Of a DNA stretch of 64,000 nt, positions 25,953 through 36,039 are shown one piece after another. Each line of letters begins with the position of its first letter. Within the stretch, counting starts at the first letter, position 1. The stretch covers positions 3,396 to 67,395 of the forward strand of contig DAMH01000009.1 of assembly GCA_002499585.1 (NCBI GenBank), in the 5' to 3' direction. This DNA is from Euryarchaeota archaeon UBA552 (lineage in GTDB: Archaea; Thermoplasmatota; Poseidoniia; Poseidoniales; Thalassarchaeaceae). Below the pieces are notes generated by a model. That model was given only the letters and a program-made list of their open reading frames with translations, made no database searches and was not told the origin of the DNA. Both the position numbers and the translations under genes were made by a program.

Positions 25953-28124
25953 ATGGATCAAGATGACCTAAACGCGCTGAAAGCCTCAGAATTGAAAATG
26001 ATGTGCAAAGAAAGAGGGTTGAGGGTTTCTGGTACCAAATCCGAGCTTATTGGTAGATTAATGGAAAATCAACATCAAATAGAAAACGGGCCTATCAACG
26101 AGAGTCTAGATGCGGCTGTAGATGCATTATTGGAGAGGCATGGAAAAAAGGAAACGAAAAAAATCAAGACTTACCCGGAGCCTACTCAAAAGGACGATGA
26201 AATTCCAATCGAGGCTGAACTACTGGAAGAACCAGGGCCTACAATCAGCACGACGGAAACTGAACTAATGTTGTTTGATGATGACTCTCCACCAGTCACA
26301 CCCGCATCGAAAAAGAAACCCCGGCCGCAAGGGGCGGATCAAGGTCCTGCCGACCACCCGCTAAAAGAAAAAACCACAAAAAAAGAAAAATCTCCAAAAA
26401 AGAGCGACCCTGTCTCCGCAACCACCTTCCGCGTAACTCGAATTCAGGTCGCAGCAGGTCTCACAGTGGCCTTGCTAATCAGCGCTGGGTTGTGGTTTTT
26501 CCTACAGAGAGACACTTCATTCACTGCCCAACCCATAAGATACGGGGATTCAGTTGATTTCTCAATACAACAATCGGAAATAAACGTAGAGGGAGATGAC
26601 ATGGTCAGTATTATCAGAGACTCACTATCGCCTAGCTCTTTTGATCAGGTTTGTTCTGAGGTCGACGTCGACATTTCAGGGACCGGTTCGGTATCAATCG
26701 ACAGAGGAACAGACTCTGACACGGCCTTCCCGAGTGATTTGGATCATAGGGGAGCCTTTAGTGTCAAGGATGCATACGGAAGAACCAGTCTAGCAGTGAA
26801 ACAAGTTATCACCCACGATTTGGATCTAGACCTTCAAGGAAAAACTTGGAGAGAAAATGGTATCGAGTGTAGCAATGCGGGGTGGTCATTGCCCGAAAAC
26901 AATCTCATTATCTCTACAGATAGTTACCGGCACATATCCGATAAATCAGTTTTGAGAACAGATACAAGTCTCTCTTTCGAGGATTCTGATGGAGAATCAA
27001 TAGATGCAGTTCTGACGACTTTCGGAACCAGTGTAATGCCCGGTCTTGGTGCAATATCTCCACTCCTCTCAATTCCTCTGTTGCCCATGGATCTGGAAGA
27101 GTTCTTTGAAGATACAGTTCTTCATGAGGGCGCTTCCTCGGATACTGATGATGTATGGACATGGACTGTCAAGAAGGAGAGGAACGATCCTGTCCATGGT
27201 TATGTGTATCCTATCTCCATCTCCCATGATGAGATAGAATCATGTTTCGGATATCTTCGAATGGAGCTCTTGGTAACCCCCAACAGTCCTTGGCCTCTGA
27301 AACAAACCGCTGACATAAGGTTGGACAAGTCGTTGGCTACATCTCAATGTAATGTATTTGCTAGTGCGATAAGTGATGCTGCGCTTCCAGAGGGGAGGCT
27401 GGATGTCAGAGTGGACATGACAGTAACCGATAGGACACGTGGAGACAATGTGGTGAACTGGTACGATGATTACGAATCAAAACCATCGCCGGGGGACGAT
27501 AGACCTACAAGCGCTGGGAAAAAAGAATGGGCATCTCACATGCCGGATGAGTCACTCGAAAGGGTGAATTTGGAAGAAATCGTATCCTGCATGAGAACCT
27601 CATATCCTGCAAGTGATGCCTCAGTAGCACTGGACGGAGGCGGGTACATTTGGGAAGCAACGCACCCATTAGGAACGAAGGATTGGAATATATCATGGGT
27701 CGATACCGAGGACAATTCTGGGTGGATTCACCTGTCGTACACAGATGGGGAATGCACCATCGTCAAATCAGGTAATTATCCAGAAGAATCGGTAAATTGG
27801 GATAAGTCCGCCATCCCTCGCACACTTACCCTAGAATATCTGGAGAATAGGCTCTTCAATCAAGGACGCTACGATTACGTCGATGAGGTGTTTAGCCTGA
27901 GCTATTCATCATTGGAGGAGAATATGGGTTACAGGGCCCTGTCCGGTGAAGCAGAGGATATTTCGGATTTCCTTTCCAGCGAACTTTCTACAGGAGTCGT
28001 CTCGTTCACGGCAGAAAGAGAATGGACCGAGTCTAACAAGGATCACACATTCAACGTGGCAATTGACGCCACGAACGCTAGAGCCATCGGGTGGTTCCAA
28101 GTAACAACCGAATCCGGAAGCTAA
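25953..28124 (+). CDS. single-pass membrane protein: N-terminal SAP motif, Lys/Pro-rich linker, TM helix and a ~540-aa external domain of unknown fold
   Basis: SAP consensus match LNALKASELKMMCKERGLRVSGTKSELIGRLMEN (25968-26069). Linker KKKPRPQGADQGP...KEKTTKKEKSPKKSDP. TM helix VAAGLTVALLISAGLWFFL (~26448-26504). ATG 25953 is preferred over the track start 25857. Confidence 0.7.
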   Translation: MDQDDLNALKASELKMMCKERGLRVSGTKSELIGRLMENQHQIENGPINESLDAAVDALLERHGKKETKKIKTYPEPTQKDDEIPIEAELLEEPGPTISTTETELMLFDDDSPPVTPASKKKPRPQGADQGPADHPLKEKTTKKEKSPKKSDPVSATTFRVTRIQVAAGLTVALLISAGLWFFLQRDTSFTAQPIRYGDSVDFSIQQSEINVEGDDMVSIIRDSLSPSSFDQVCSEVDVDISGTGSVSIDRGTDSDTAFPSDLDHRGAFSVKDAYGRTSLAVKQVITHDLDLDLQGKTWRENGIECSNAGWSLPENNLIISTDSYRHISDKSVLRTDTSLSFEDSDGESIDAVLTTFGTSVMPGLGAISPLLSIPLLPMDLEEFFEDTVLHEGASSDTDDVWTWTVKKERNDPVHGYVYPISISHDEIESCFGYLRMELLVTPNSPWPLKQTADIRLDKSLATSQCNVFASAISDAALPEGRLDVRVDMTVTDRTRGDNVVNWYDDYESKPSPGDDRPTSAGKKEWASHMPDESLERVNLEEIVSCMRTSYPASDASVALDGGGYIWEATHPLGTKDWNISWVDTEDNSGWIHLSYTDGECTIVKSGNYPEESVNWDKSAIPRTLTLEYLENRLFNQGRYDYVDEVFSLSYSSLEENMGYRALSGEAEDISDFLSSELSTGVVSFTAEREWTESNKDHTFNVAIDATNARAIGWFQVTTESGS

Positions 28125-28199
28125 AGTTGTCCTAACCAATGACCTTCCCAGGCGACAATACTCCGGTATCTTGAATTGTCCCTGGAGTCAGTCTGACTT

Positions 28200-29126
28200 G
28201 TGGGCGATGAAATCCCTGATGAGGGGAATAGGAAAATCATAGATGTTGAGTACGTGGAAAAAGACCTTCCAGAATCAAAAGTAAGGACTGTCGAAAAGAA
28301 GCTCATAAATCCGCTAATCCTGCCTCGCAGTGGTCCCAATCCTGCGGGCCATGCTCGGGTTGTTACTGTAACCAACCAGAAGGGGGGAGTTGGTAAGACA
28401 ACCACTGTAATCAACATTGCAGCCCAGTTGGGTTTGCGAGGTTACAAGGTTCTTGTGATAGACGCCGACGCGCAGGGCAACTGCGCAACCGGCCTCGGAG
28501 TCGACAAAAGACTTGTTAAGGCCACAACAAGAGATTTGATACTTGAGCCCGAGACGGCCATTCAGGCAAGACATCAGACCGCTGTCGAAGGTGTCCACAT
28601 GATCGTAGGCGACCGATCTCTTGTTGGGATGGATCAAGAATTGTTGAGGCAGTTGGGGAGGGAAAGAAGGCTCATCGAGGCTTTGGAACCCCTATCACCT
28701 CATTACGATCTCATACTGATAGACACTCCACCCTCCCTCGGGATCGTGACAATCAACGCGTTAGTTGCAAGTCAAGGACTTTTGGTACCAGTGCAAACAG
28801 AGTATTTTGCACTTGAGGGACTTGCGATGTTGGCCGGAACAATACGCGAAGTCAGGAATTTGTTCTCGCCCAGCCTAGGCGTGGATGGAATCCTTCTCAC
28901 CATGTATGACCAGAGGACGCTGCTAAACGTCCAAGTTGCCAATGAATTGAGGGATACATACGGCACATTGGTCATTGACCCCCCTATCCGTAGAAACATC
29001 CGCTTGGCCGAAGCACCAGCGCACGGAGTGCCAATACACCTTCATGACCCAACTAGCCACGGAGGCATGGACTACCTATCTGTCACCGAAGAACTTGTGA
29101 AAAGGTGGGGGATAGACTCCGAATGA
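28200..29126 (+). CDS. parA: Soj/ParA-family partition ATPase (orphan, no ParB nearby) with a ~55-aa N-terminal extension
   Basis: Deviant Walker A VTNQKGGVGKTTTVINIAAQL, plus VLVIDADAQGNCATGLG and LILIDTPPSLGIVTINAL. GTG start. Confidence 0.85.
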   Translation: MGDEIPDEGNRKIIDVEYVEKDLPESKVRTVEKKLINPLILPRSGPNPAGHARVVTVTNQKGGVGKTTTVINIAAQLGLRGYKVLVIDADAQGNCATGLGVDKRLVKATTRDLILEPETAIQARHQTAVEGVHMIVGDRSLVGMDQELLRQLGRERRLIEALEPLSPHYDLILIDTPPSLGIVTINALVASQGLLVPVQTEYFALEGLAMLAGTIREVRNLFSPSLGVDGILLTMYDQRTLLNVQVANELRDTYGTLVIDPPIRRNIRLAEAPAHGVPIHLHDPTSHGGMDYLSVTEELVKRWGIDSE

Positions 29127-29998
29127 AAAATATCGAGTCACGCTATCAGGCAATAGCCTGGATGCTCTTCGCAAGTGTCGCCTTTGGGTCGATGAATGCA
29201 CTGGTCAAGTGGACGTCATCAACCGCAGATGTCTGGTCGATGGTTATGGTAAGGTCAGTTGTAATTACCCTAGGCATATACTTGATTGCCACCCATAGGG
29301 GTGTTAGCTTGAGAGTAAATGATAGAAAGAATATGTTTCTAAGGTGCGCAACTGGGCTGATTGCTATGATATTATACTTCACAGCCTTAGGTTTAATTCC
29401 GATTGGTCAGGCAGTGACGCTTCAATATACCAACCCTCTCTTCGTAGCACTCCTCTCAGGATTATTTCTATCAGAAAGCGTCGGCATTAGAACCTGGGGC
29501 TTAGCTCTTGCATCATTCTTTGGAATCGCACTGATAGTCTCACCAGATCTCAGGACCGTCGACATCAACGCATTATACGCTCTGGGATCAGGTTTTTTTG
29601 CTGCTGTGGCGTATCTTTACGTCAGAATGCTAAGATCATCTGAACATGCACTTAGCATCGTCTTCTGGTTTGCTTTGTTTTCAGTTATTTTCACAACTCC
29701 TCCTGCAATTTTGAACTTGAAGGGACCACTTTCAGAACCCAAAATCGCTCTGGCCTTGATATGCATCGGAATCGGTGCTGGTGCGGGCCAAGTGGGTTTG
29801 ACCTACGCCTTTCACAAAGCGAATGCTGCATGGGTAAGTGCATTCTCCTACGTCACGGTCATTGTCGCTGCAGGATATGGGTACTTCTTTTTCGGTGAGT
29901 CTTTGGATAATGGAGACATTATCGGGTGTCTACTGATAATAGTCTCGGGCATTTTGTTGACATTATCCAGGAGCAAGAGAAATAACGCAGAATCATAA
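29123..29998 (+). CDS. EamA/DMT-family transporter (10 TM)
   Basis: Two EamA-like halves (AIAWMLFASVAFGSMNALVKW, GLIPIGQAVTLQYTNPLFVALLS). The ATG overlaps the parA stop as ATGA (29123-29126). Confidence 0.8.
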   Translation: MKNIESRYQAIAWMLFASVAFGSMNALVKWTSSTADVWSMVMVRSVVITLGIYLIATHRGVSLRVNDRKNMFLRCATGLIAMILYFTALGLIPIGQAVTLQYTNPLFVALLSGLFLSESVGIRTWGLALASFFGIALIVSPDLRTVDINALYALGSGFFAAVAYLYVRMLRSSEHALSIVFWFALFSVIFTTPPAILNLKGPLSEPKIALALICIGIGAGAGQVGLTYAFHKANAAWVSAFSYVTVIVAAGYGYFFFGESLDNGDIIGCLLIIVSGILLTLSRSKRNNAES

Positions 29999-30020
29999 AA
30001 AATGAACCATTTGATCTCTA

Positions 30021-30090
30021 TTTTTTGGACCACAGGGTTATTTCGCTTCGGTTAATTGCCCAGTCAAACTCACGATTTAATAGAAAAAAA
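30021..30090. terminator. possible bidirectional oligo-T termination zone between convergent genes
   Basis: A T6 run at 30021-30026 follows the EamA stop on the + strand. An A7 run at 30084-30090 (T7 on the - strand) lies ~30 nt beyond the stop of the 30122..30721 gene. Archaeal termination commonly uses oligo-T. Confidence 0.25.
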
Positions 30091-30121
30091 GTATCCTTTG
30101 GCCGCTGTGAGTGAAAATAAG

Positions 30122-30721
30122 TCATTGCCTTTCAAACCAAACAGCCCCCATGGCCATGCAAATCAACGTGAATAGAGCGCCCGTGAAAGAAAGTGAAAAA
30201 GATGACTCGCTGTCGTTTAGATCTGCATCTGTAGAACCAACGGATGAACAGGTTTGACTAGACATGTCGTAATCGATACCCCCCCATTGATCACCGTCAA
30301 ACCAACACGTTGACCATACTTTCCACCCAAAGCCTGTTTCAGGCACTCTCTGGGCTTCATCTCGATCTTCGAATTGAAGGTCAAACCTCCAGTTGAGGTA
30401 TGATGCATCGTGGTCTACTGGGACCTCACCTGACCAAGTGCTGTTATCTTGAACCATCATGTTGTAAACAGGTGGATAACAAACTCCGCTGTTAACGCAT
30501 ATCTGTGTCACCCAACTTATCGAAGTGAGGTTCTGATCTGGTTCCAACTCTGCTATCAGGCGCATGACTCCACCGTCCTCATCTGTAGCATTTACCGATG
30601 TTGGATAATCTAGATCGAGTATTATCGTCCCCTGTAAATCAGCCTCCTCGTTCACTCCACCTTGTTCGGCGGAAACGACGGCTAGGGACATCAACAGCAT
30701 AGCCATGAGAGTTGCCCTCAT
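30122..30721 (-). CDS. secreted hypothetical protein with a C-terminal TM anchor
   Basis: Signal-like MRATLMAMLLMSLAVVSAEQ, a Cys/Trp-rich body, and the C-terminal helix FTGALFTLICMAMGAVWF. Confidence 0.5.
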   Translation of the reverse strand: MRATLMAMLLMSLAVVSAEQGGVNEEADLQGTIILDLDYPTSVNATDEDGGVMRLIAELEPDQNLTSISWVTQICVNSGVCYPPVYNMMVQDNSTWSGEVPVDHDASYLNWRFDLQFEDRDEAQRVPETGFGWKVWSTCWFDGDQWGGIDYDMSSQTCSSVGSTDADLNDSESSFSLSFTGALFTLICMAMGAVWFERQ

Positions 30722-30774
30722 GGTAACCTGTATGCATCAAATGCTATGAATCAAGCGATTCCGTGTTCTGACCA

Positions 30775-31284
30775 TCAACTGGAATCCAAATTCCACAGGT
30801 CGTCCCCTACCCAATGTATTGTCCTTACTCCTTTGCCTTTGCCTGCTTGAAGCATCTCCTCTCCAGTCATCAAAGACCATCCAACTGCCAAAGGACGACC
30901 ATGAACCTCGTCCCTGATCCATACTGGCATATCTGATTCTATGTCCGGATCAGAATTTTGTATCCCAGCAGCCATGCAATTTGCCCCATTCATCAAAAAA
31001 GGAATAGCACCGTGATCAACCTCGACGTAATGCCTTTCCAAACTCCACTTCAGCAGACCCCTGAGAGTGGGAAACCAAACATTGCCCCCATCCCGATTCT
31101 GAAGGCACATCAAACATGGAGTCCTGTCGGTTAAGATCAAATCCACCCCCTCGAAATGGGCCTCCTCTAGGAAGCACTCCGAGAGATTGAGGGGCCGTCC
31201 AACTAAACCTTCAACTTGGTCTGAAATTTTTCTTATTTGTTTGAATCTCAGAGGGGTCCTCCTCCTCAAGCGCTTGTCTGCCAT
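30775..31284 (-). CDS. PUA-domain RNA-binding protein (MCT-1/Tma20-like)
   Basis: C-terminal PUA pattern AIPFLMNGANCMAAGI ... MPVWIRDEVHGRPLAVGWSLMTGEEM. ATG 31284 (MADKRLRRR) is preferred. Confidence 0.65.
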   Translation of the reverse strand: MADKRLRRRTPLRFKQIRKISDQVEGLVGRPLNLSECFLEEAHFEGVDLILTDRTPCLMCLQNRDGGNVWFPTLRGLLKWSLERHYVEVDHGAIPFLMNGANCMAAGIQNSDPDIESDMPVWIRDEVHGRPLAVGWSLMTGEEMLQAGKGKGVRTIHWVGDDLWNLDSS

Positions 31285-31357
31285 GGCTCCGCTAAAGAGA
31301 ACCAAAGAATGAACATCTCGGCACCTCAGCTTTCGAAATCTTCCAATCTATTGAAAT

Positions 31358-31777
31358 ATGTTGGGTAAGTCGCATGGGCCCGTGGCTAAGTGGCATGGCA
31401 TGTCGAGAAGGAAGCCTACCGGCGGACGCCTTAAGCGGCCCATTCGTTACCGTGGAAAGAGGAAAAAGGAAATCTCCAGCGAGAAACAATTTGCTTTCGT
31501 GGCAGAATCCAACAAAAATAAGCTTTACAGGAAGCACGCTGGTCACCAGACTGTCAGAGTGATGAACGCTTCACACATCAATGTCAACATACCCTCCGAG
31601 GGAATCACCAAAAGGGTCATGATATCCAATATAGTAGAAAATTCTGCGGACCCGAATTATGTCAGACGAAATATTATCACAAAAGGAGCCATAGCCGACA
31701 CAGAACTTGGTCGAGTGCGAATTACAAGCAGGCCAGGTATGGATGGCGTAGTTTGTGGCGTGCTTATTACCGAATAA
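31358..31777 (+). CDS. rps8e: 30S ribosomal protein S8e
   Basis: SRRKPTGGRLK, RRNIITKGAIADTELGRVRITSRPGMDGVVCGVLI. Confidence 0.85.
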   Translation: MLGKSHGPVAKWHGMSRRKPTGGRLKRPIRYRGKRKKEISSEKQFAFVAESNKNKLYRKHAGHQTVRVMNASHINVNIPSEGITKRVMISNIVENSADPNYVRRNIITKGAIADTELGRVRITSRPGMDGVVCGVLITE

Positions 31778-31820
31778 TCCCACAAATAATTCAATAAATA
31801 CAACGTTCTGGTGTTAGCAT

Positions 31821-32264
31821 ATGACATCCGACCCTTCTAGGATGACTCTTTGGACGGGTTATTTCGATTCTCGACAATCAAGGAAGGGAGGAAGAAGGGT
31901 CCCCAAGAACTCCAGTGTACCACGACCCAATCTAGATCAAATAGCACTCGCCGCGAGAGCATCGGGAATTACCAAAATGAGGAGAGATCAAACTGCAAGT
32001 CACCCTAAACGCCCCTTTTCAAAAGAGGGAAGACTCATCATATCCGCAAAAGACGCGAAGGAATCTACGAATTCATCCACCAAAGAAGAAGTAATGAGGG
32101 CCGTTGGGTCCTCGCTCAGATCTATACTGGAGAAGAAAGAGGACGGATCAGACAAAAGGCCGACAAAACTGTCCGGAAGAGAAGGGGCGAGAAAGATGAA
32201 ACAACGAAAATCTAGTGTTAGAAATCCCCAAAACCGAAAAAAGAAGAAATTTGGCCGCCGGTGA
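31821..32264 (+). CDS. srp19: signal recognition particle protein SRP19 with a Lys-rich C-terminal extension
   Basis: LWTGYFDSRQSRKGGRRVPK ... PNLDQIALAARASG. Confidence 0.8.
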   Translation: MTSDPSRMTLWTGYFDSRQSRKGGRRVPKNSSVPRPNLDQIALAARASGITKMRRDQTASHPKRPFSKEGRLIISAKDAKESTNSSTKEEVMRAVGSSLRSILEKKEDGSDKRPTKLSGREGARKMKQRKSSVRNPQNRKKKKFGRR

Positions 32265-32267
32265 CAC

Positions 32268-33323
32268 TCAAACCTCATGAGTCCAACCCTTGGTATCCTC
32301 CAGCGAACCGCCCATAATTCCGGTTAGGCGCTCAAAAAGTGCTAAAGTTATTGATCCCACACCTCCATAATCAACCTCTAGATCCCCATGTTGAATCGAT
32401 CCTATTGGAGAGATCACAGCTGCAGTTCCAGCGCAGAAAGCCTCATCGCAGTCCAAGGCGAAATTTATGTCCACCTTTTGTTCCCTAACCGTTATTCCCA
32501 TTGACTTAGCTAGCTCTATGATGGACAGCCTTGTTATTCCGGGCAAGATTGTCCCAGTCAGCTCAGGAGTGTAAACCACACCGTCTTTGACGCAAAAAAA
32601 GTTCGCAGCACCAACCTCTTCTACGAATCGATGTTCTACTGCATCCAGGTAGATTATCTCGCTGTAACCTTCAGACTTTGCCTTTCTTGATGGCATCATT
32701 CCCGGTGCATAATTACCTATCGCTTTGACCCCACCTGAACCACCAGGGGCAGCGCGATGGTGCGTCTGAGACACTCTGAGCGATATTGGCGACATTCCAC
32801 CTTTGAAATATGGCCCCACCGGGACAGCGAATACCACGAACATGTATTCTTCAGCAGGTGAGACACCTAGCCTGGCACTGCTACCAAATAGTATGGGGCG
32901 GATGTACAACTCGCCCTTTCCGTGCGGTGGAACCCATCTTCGATTTTCATGGGTTACCTGCCTGACCGCGTCAATGAACATTGATTCTGGGATCTCCGGC
33001 ATTACCAACCTTTTAGCTCCATCAGCAGCCCTCCTGGCATTCAACTCAGGTCGAAATAAAGTAATTCTGTCATCCGGGGTCTTCCTTGCTTTCATACCCT
33101 CGAACAAACCTTGTCCGTAATTCAAGACACATGCTGCCGGGGATAAGCTGAGGGGTTGGAAATCAATCATAATCCCCTCTGACCACCCATCTTCAAGCGT
33201 CCCGTTCGCTACGTACATCCTGTCTGTTTCGGTAAAGGAGAATGTGAGTGAGTCCCAATCCGTAGGGGCTTTGACGTCTCCCGGGGCACCCATCAATACA
33301 TCCGAATAGAAGGAGGCATTCAA
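32268..33323 (-). CDS. ilvE: branched-chain amino acid aminotransferase (fold-type IV)
   Basis: LNYGQGLFEGMKA, EIIYLDAVEHRFVEEVGAANFF, GITRLSIIELA. 33323 is a TTG; the first ATG is at 33293. Confidence 0.85.
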   Translation of the reverse strand: MNASFYSDVLMGAPGDVKAPTDWDSLTFSFTETDRMYVANGTLEDGWSEGIMIDFQPLSLSPAACVLNYGQGLFEGMKARKTPDDRITLFRPELNARRAADGAKRLVMPEIPESMFIDAVRQVTHENRRWVPPHGKGELYIRPILFGSSARLGVSPAEEYMFVVFAVPVGPYFKGGMSPISLRVSQTHHRAAPGGSGGVKAIGNYAPGMMPSRKAKSEGYSEIIYLDAVEHRFVEEVGAANFFCVKDGVVYTPELTGTILPGITRLSIIELAKSMGITVREQKVDINFALDCDEAFCAGTAAVISPIGSIQHGDLEVDYGGVGSITLALFERLTGIMGGSLEDTKGWTHEV

Positions 33324-33392
33324 CGCTTCCGGCGGTCTTCGTCACCTTCAAACACGCCAAGCATTGAACCGCGACCCCCCCTATCGGAGTAC

Positions 33393-35990
33393 ATGAGTGA
33401 GGGCTTGTGGCGAGATGACCTCTGTATCGTCGCCGCAGATAATCGCTCTTGGGGGGACTCAAACACAGTAGTCGAACTTTGGTGCCGATCCCAACGTGGG
33501 CATTCAGTTTTATTGCTGGTAAACGGTTTGCGACCCTACATCGAGATATCTCCGAGAGAGGGCGGTTGTTCAGGTACTGACGAAGATATACGTAACGTTC
33601 TATCCCTATCAAGCGTAACAGAAATCTGTCCACCAGTAACTAAGTGGTCTTCAAAGGGAGATATGCCTCACTGGAGGGTCATGGCGAGAGATACCACCGT
33701 CATCACCCGGTTGAGGGAGGTTCTGAAAGCAGATTGGACCGTTACCAGCGCTGACATTCAATTTCACAAACGACTGTTGTACGATCTTGATCTTGGCCCT
33801 CACATTACCGCAAAAGGACGCATTTTATCGACCGGTCCAAGAGCACCTTCAATCCCGAGAGATGCCATTCCCAACGAGGATGAGGCTCTTGAGAGGATCC
33901 TCTCAGTGGGCGGGCGCGGAATATATCCCGTGGATGTCGTGATGTCAGTGGATGCGGGGGATCTGGAGGCATGTGAACCATTCCAAACTCCTTTCGTTAC
34001 TATGTCCATTGATTTAGAAACGAGTATTGCCACAAACAGAATACTGTGTGCCGCAGTTGTCGTAGAGAGGAATGGAAAACGCTCTGAATTTACATATAGA
34101 GGGGACGAAGTTGAGGACATACTAATCCCGATCTGCGATTTGGTTCGAGATCAGGACCCGGATATAATAACAGGATACAACATAGATAATTTCGATCTTC
34201 CAAGAATATTGGAAAGGACGGAGGCACTGGTAAAGAAAGATAGAAGGGTGAAATTGTTTGGCTGGGGGAGAGTCCCTGCGCAAGAAAATTCCAGGAGGGT
34301 GATCCCCAGCAGGGGACAGAATCGCACATGGAACATATCAGGAAGGGTCCCAATGGATGCATGGTGGCAGGCCCGGCAGACTCTCAAACCAGAAAGAGAG
34401 TCCTTGCGTTTTGTCACCGCATTAATTTGGCCCGACAACGATGAAATGAAAAAATTGGATATCGATGCAAGCCGTATGGATCACGAATGGAAAACTAGGC
34501 CGGATGAGGTTGTCAAGTATTGTCTTAGAGATACACACTTGCCGATAGACATCCTAAATCACTTGCAGTCAATCCAGCAGAAGGAGGCTCTTGCAGCAGT
34601 CGCAAGAACTAGTTTCTCCACAGCCGCTACAGAGACGACCAGCCAATGGATTGACTCTCTGGTGATCAGGTTGGCCGATCGTGAGAATGTCGCCGTGCCG
34701 ATGACCCGACAGGGAAGGAGAGGTGAACAGATTGCAGGGGGGTATGTCCATGAGGTGGAGCCTGGATTGAGATCATGGATCGCAGTTCTGGACTTCAAAT
34801 CGATGTATCCGTCGATCATGATCACAAACAACATCTGTCCAACCACGCTTGTGGAAGGTGACGACAAAATGAGCGATGATTCAGTCTCACCAACAACTGG
34901 TACCAGGTACAGGTCACAAACTCACAGAAACGGTTTGGTACCAAGACTTCTCACTGACTTGATGACACTGCGCGACGAATACAAGAAAACATCTCGAGTG
35001 GCGCGGGCTGACGGCGACGAGCAAAACGCCTTCTTGAACGATCGCTTACAGTTTGCTGTAAAAATTCTGATGAATTCTTTCTATGGAGTCTTCGCGAGCT
35101 CATTTTACCGTTTCACGCACAAAGATATCGGGGCAAGCATCACTGAATGGGCCAGACACAATATAAAATCGATAATATCTGATTTGAATGCTGATGGATA
35201 TGATGTTGTTTACTCAGACACCGATTCAATATTCGTCAGAACTCGCGGGATAGGAGATGCACCAATCAATAAACCGGAGGATGATGAAAATAAACTGCGA
35301 ACTTGGGAGCAGGCCAAAGAGGAGACAATAAATTTCGGTCGAAGGCTTGCAAACAAATACTCCAAAGAAGGGGCAGAATTGGAGTTCGAAACCGCAATGT
35401 CGGCATTCTTTTCGCACGGTGCCAAGAAGAGGTATGTCGGAAGAGTGGTTTGGCCTAGAGAAGAAATGTTGATTCGTGGGTATGAAGTTCGCCGAACTGA
35501 CTCATTCAAGTTACTGACTGCCACAATGACAATGCTCTTTGAGAAGATTTTGCAGGGCAAAGAAGAATTCGCAGTGGACAGGACGCGGAAGGTGATTGAA
35601 GATGTCAGGAGAGGCAATGTGGCTGTCGGCGATCTTGTCATTAGTAGGTCTTGTAAGGGGAAAATAAAGAAAGACGGATCCGTTGATTTTTCTGTTTATT
35701 CTAACCCCGACGGCTTGCCGTATGTTCGAGCCGCCAAACAAAGGATTGCGAGAGGATTAGGTTTCACACCGGGCATGAAAGTTGGATATGTAGTTTCAAA
35801 TGCAAAGTCTTCCCCAATGGAAGTAAGCGCATGGTTAACCGATGAATTAGGCGACGAGCCACCAAGTTACGACCCTGAATACTACGCTCGGAGACTGGCC
35901 ACTGCGTTGGGCAGAATAACAGAAGCATTCAGCTGGAACGAGAAGGATCTCCTGCAAGGATCAAGGCAACAATCCCTGTTCGATTACTGA
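33393..35990 (+). CDS. polB: family-B DNA polymerase (no intein)
   Basis: Exo motifs FVTMSIDLETS and GYNIDNFDLPRI. Pol motifs DFKSMYPSIMI, KILMNSFYGV and VVYSDTDSIFV. Confidence 0.9.
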   Translation: MSEGLWRDDLCIVAADNRSWGDSNTVVELWCRSQRGHSVLLLVNGLRPYIEISPREGGCSGTDEDIRNVLSLSSVTEICPPVTKWSSKGDMPHWRVMARDTTVITRLREVLKADWTVTSADIQFHKRLLYDLDLGPHITAKGRILSTGPRAPSIPRDAIPNEDEALERILSVGGRGIYPVDVVMSVDAGDLEACEPFQTPFVTMSIDLETSIATNRILCAAVVVERNGKRSEFTYRGDEVEDILIPICDLVRDQDPDIITGYNIDNFDLPRILERTEALVKKDRRVKLFGWGRVPAQENSRRVIPSRGQNRTWNISGRVPMDAWWQARQTLKPERESLRFVTALIWPDNDEMKKLDIDASRMDHEWKTRPDEVVKYCLRDTHLPIDILNHLQSIQQKEALAAVARTSFSTAATETTSQWIDSLVIRLADRENVAVPMTRQGRRGEQIAGGYVHEVEPGLRSWIAVLDFKSMYPSIMITNNICPTTLVEGDDKMSDDSVSPTTGTRYRSQTHRNGLVPRLLTDLMTLRDEYKKTSRVARADGDEQNAFLNDRLQFAVKILMNSFYGVFASSFYRFTHKDIGASITEWARHNIKSIISDLNADGYDVVYSDTDSIFVRTRGIGDAPINKPEDDENKLRTWEQAKEETINFGRRLANKYSKEGAELEFETAMSAFFSHGAKKRYVGRVVWPREEMLIRGYEVRRTDSFKLLTATMTMLFEKILQGKEEFAVDRTRKVIEDVRRGNVAVGDLVISRSCKGKIKKDGSVDFSVYSNPDGLPYVRAAKQRIARGLGFTPGMKVGYVVSNAKSSPMEVSAWLTDELGDEPPSYDPEYYARRLATALGRITEAFSWNEKDLLQGSRQQSLFDY

Positions 35991-36039
35991 AAACAAACAA
36001 TCGTAGGATTCATTTCTGTTCACTTACCGTGCGGGTATC

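Noticed and set aside
33393-35990. Inteins in PolB (and in aIF5B at 54000..55775), which are common in archaea.
   Set aside because: The polymerase motifs are contiguous and the lengths (865 and 591 aa) are those of intein-free proteins. No Cys/Ser...HN splice-junction blocks were seen.
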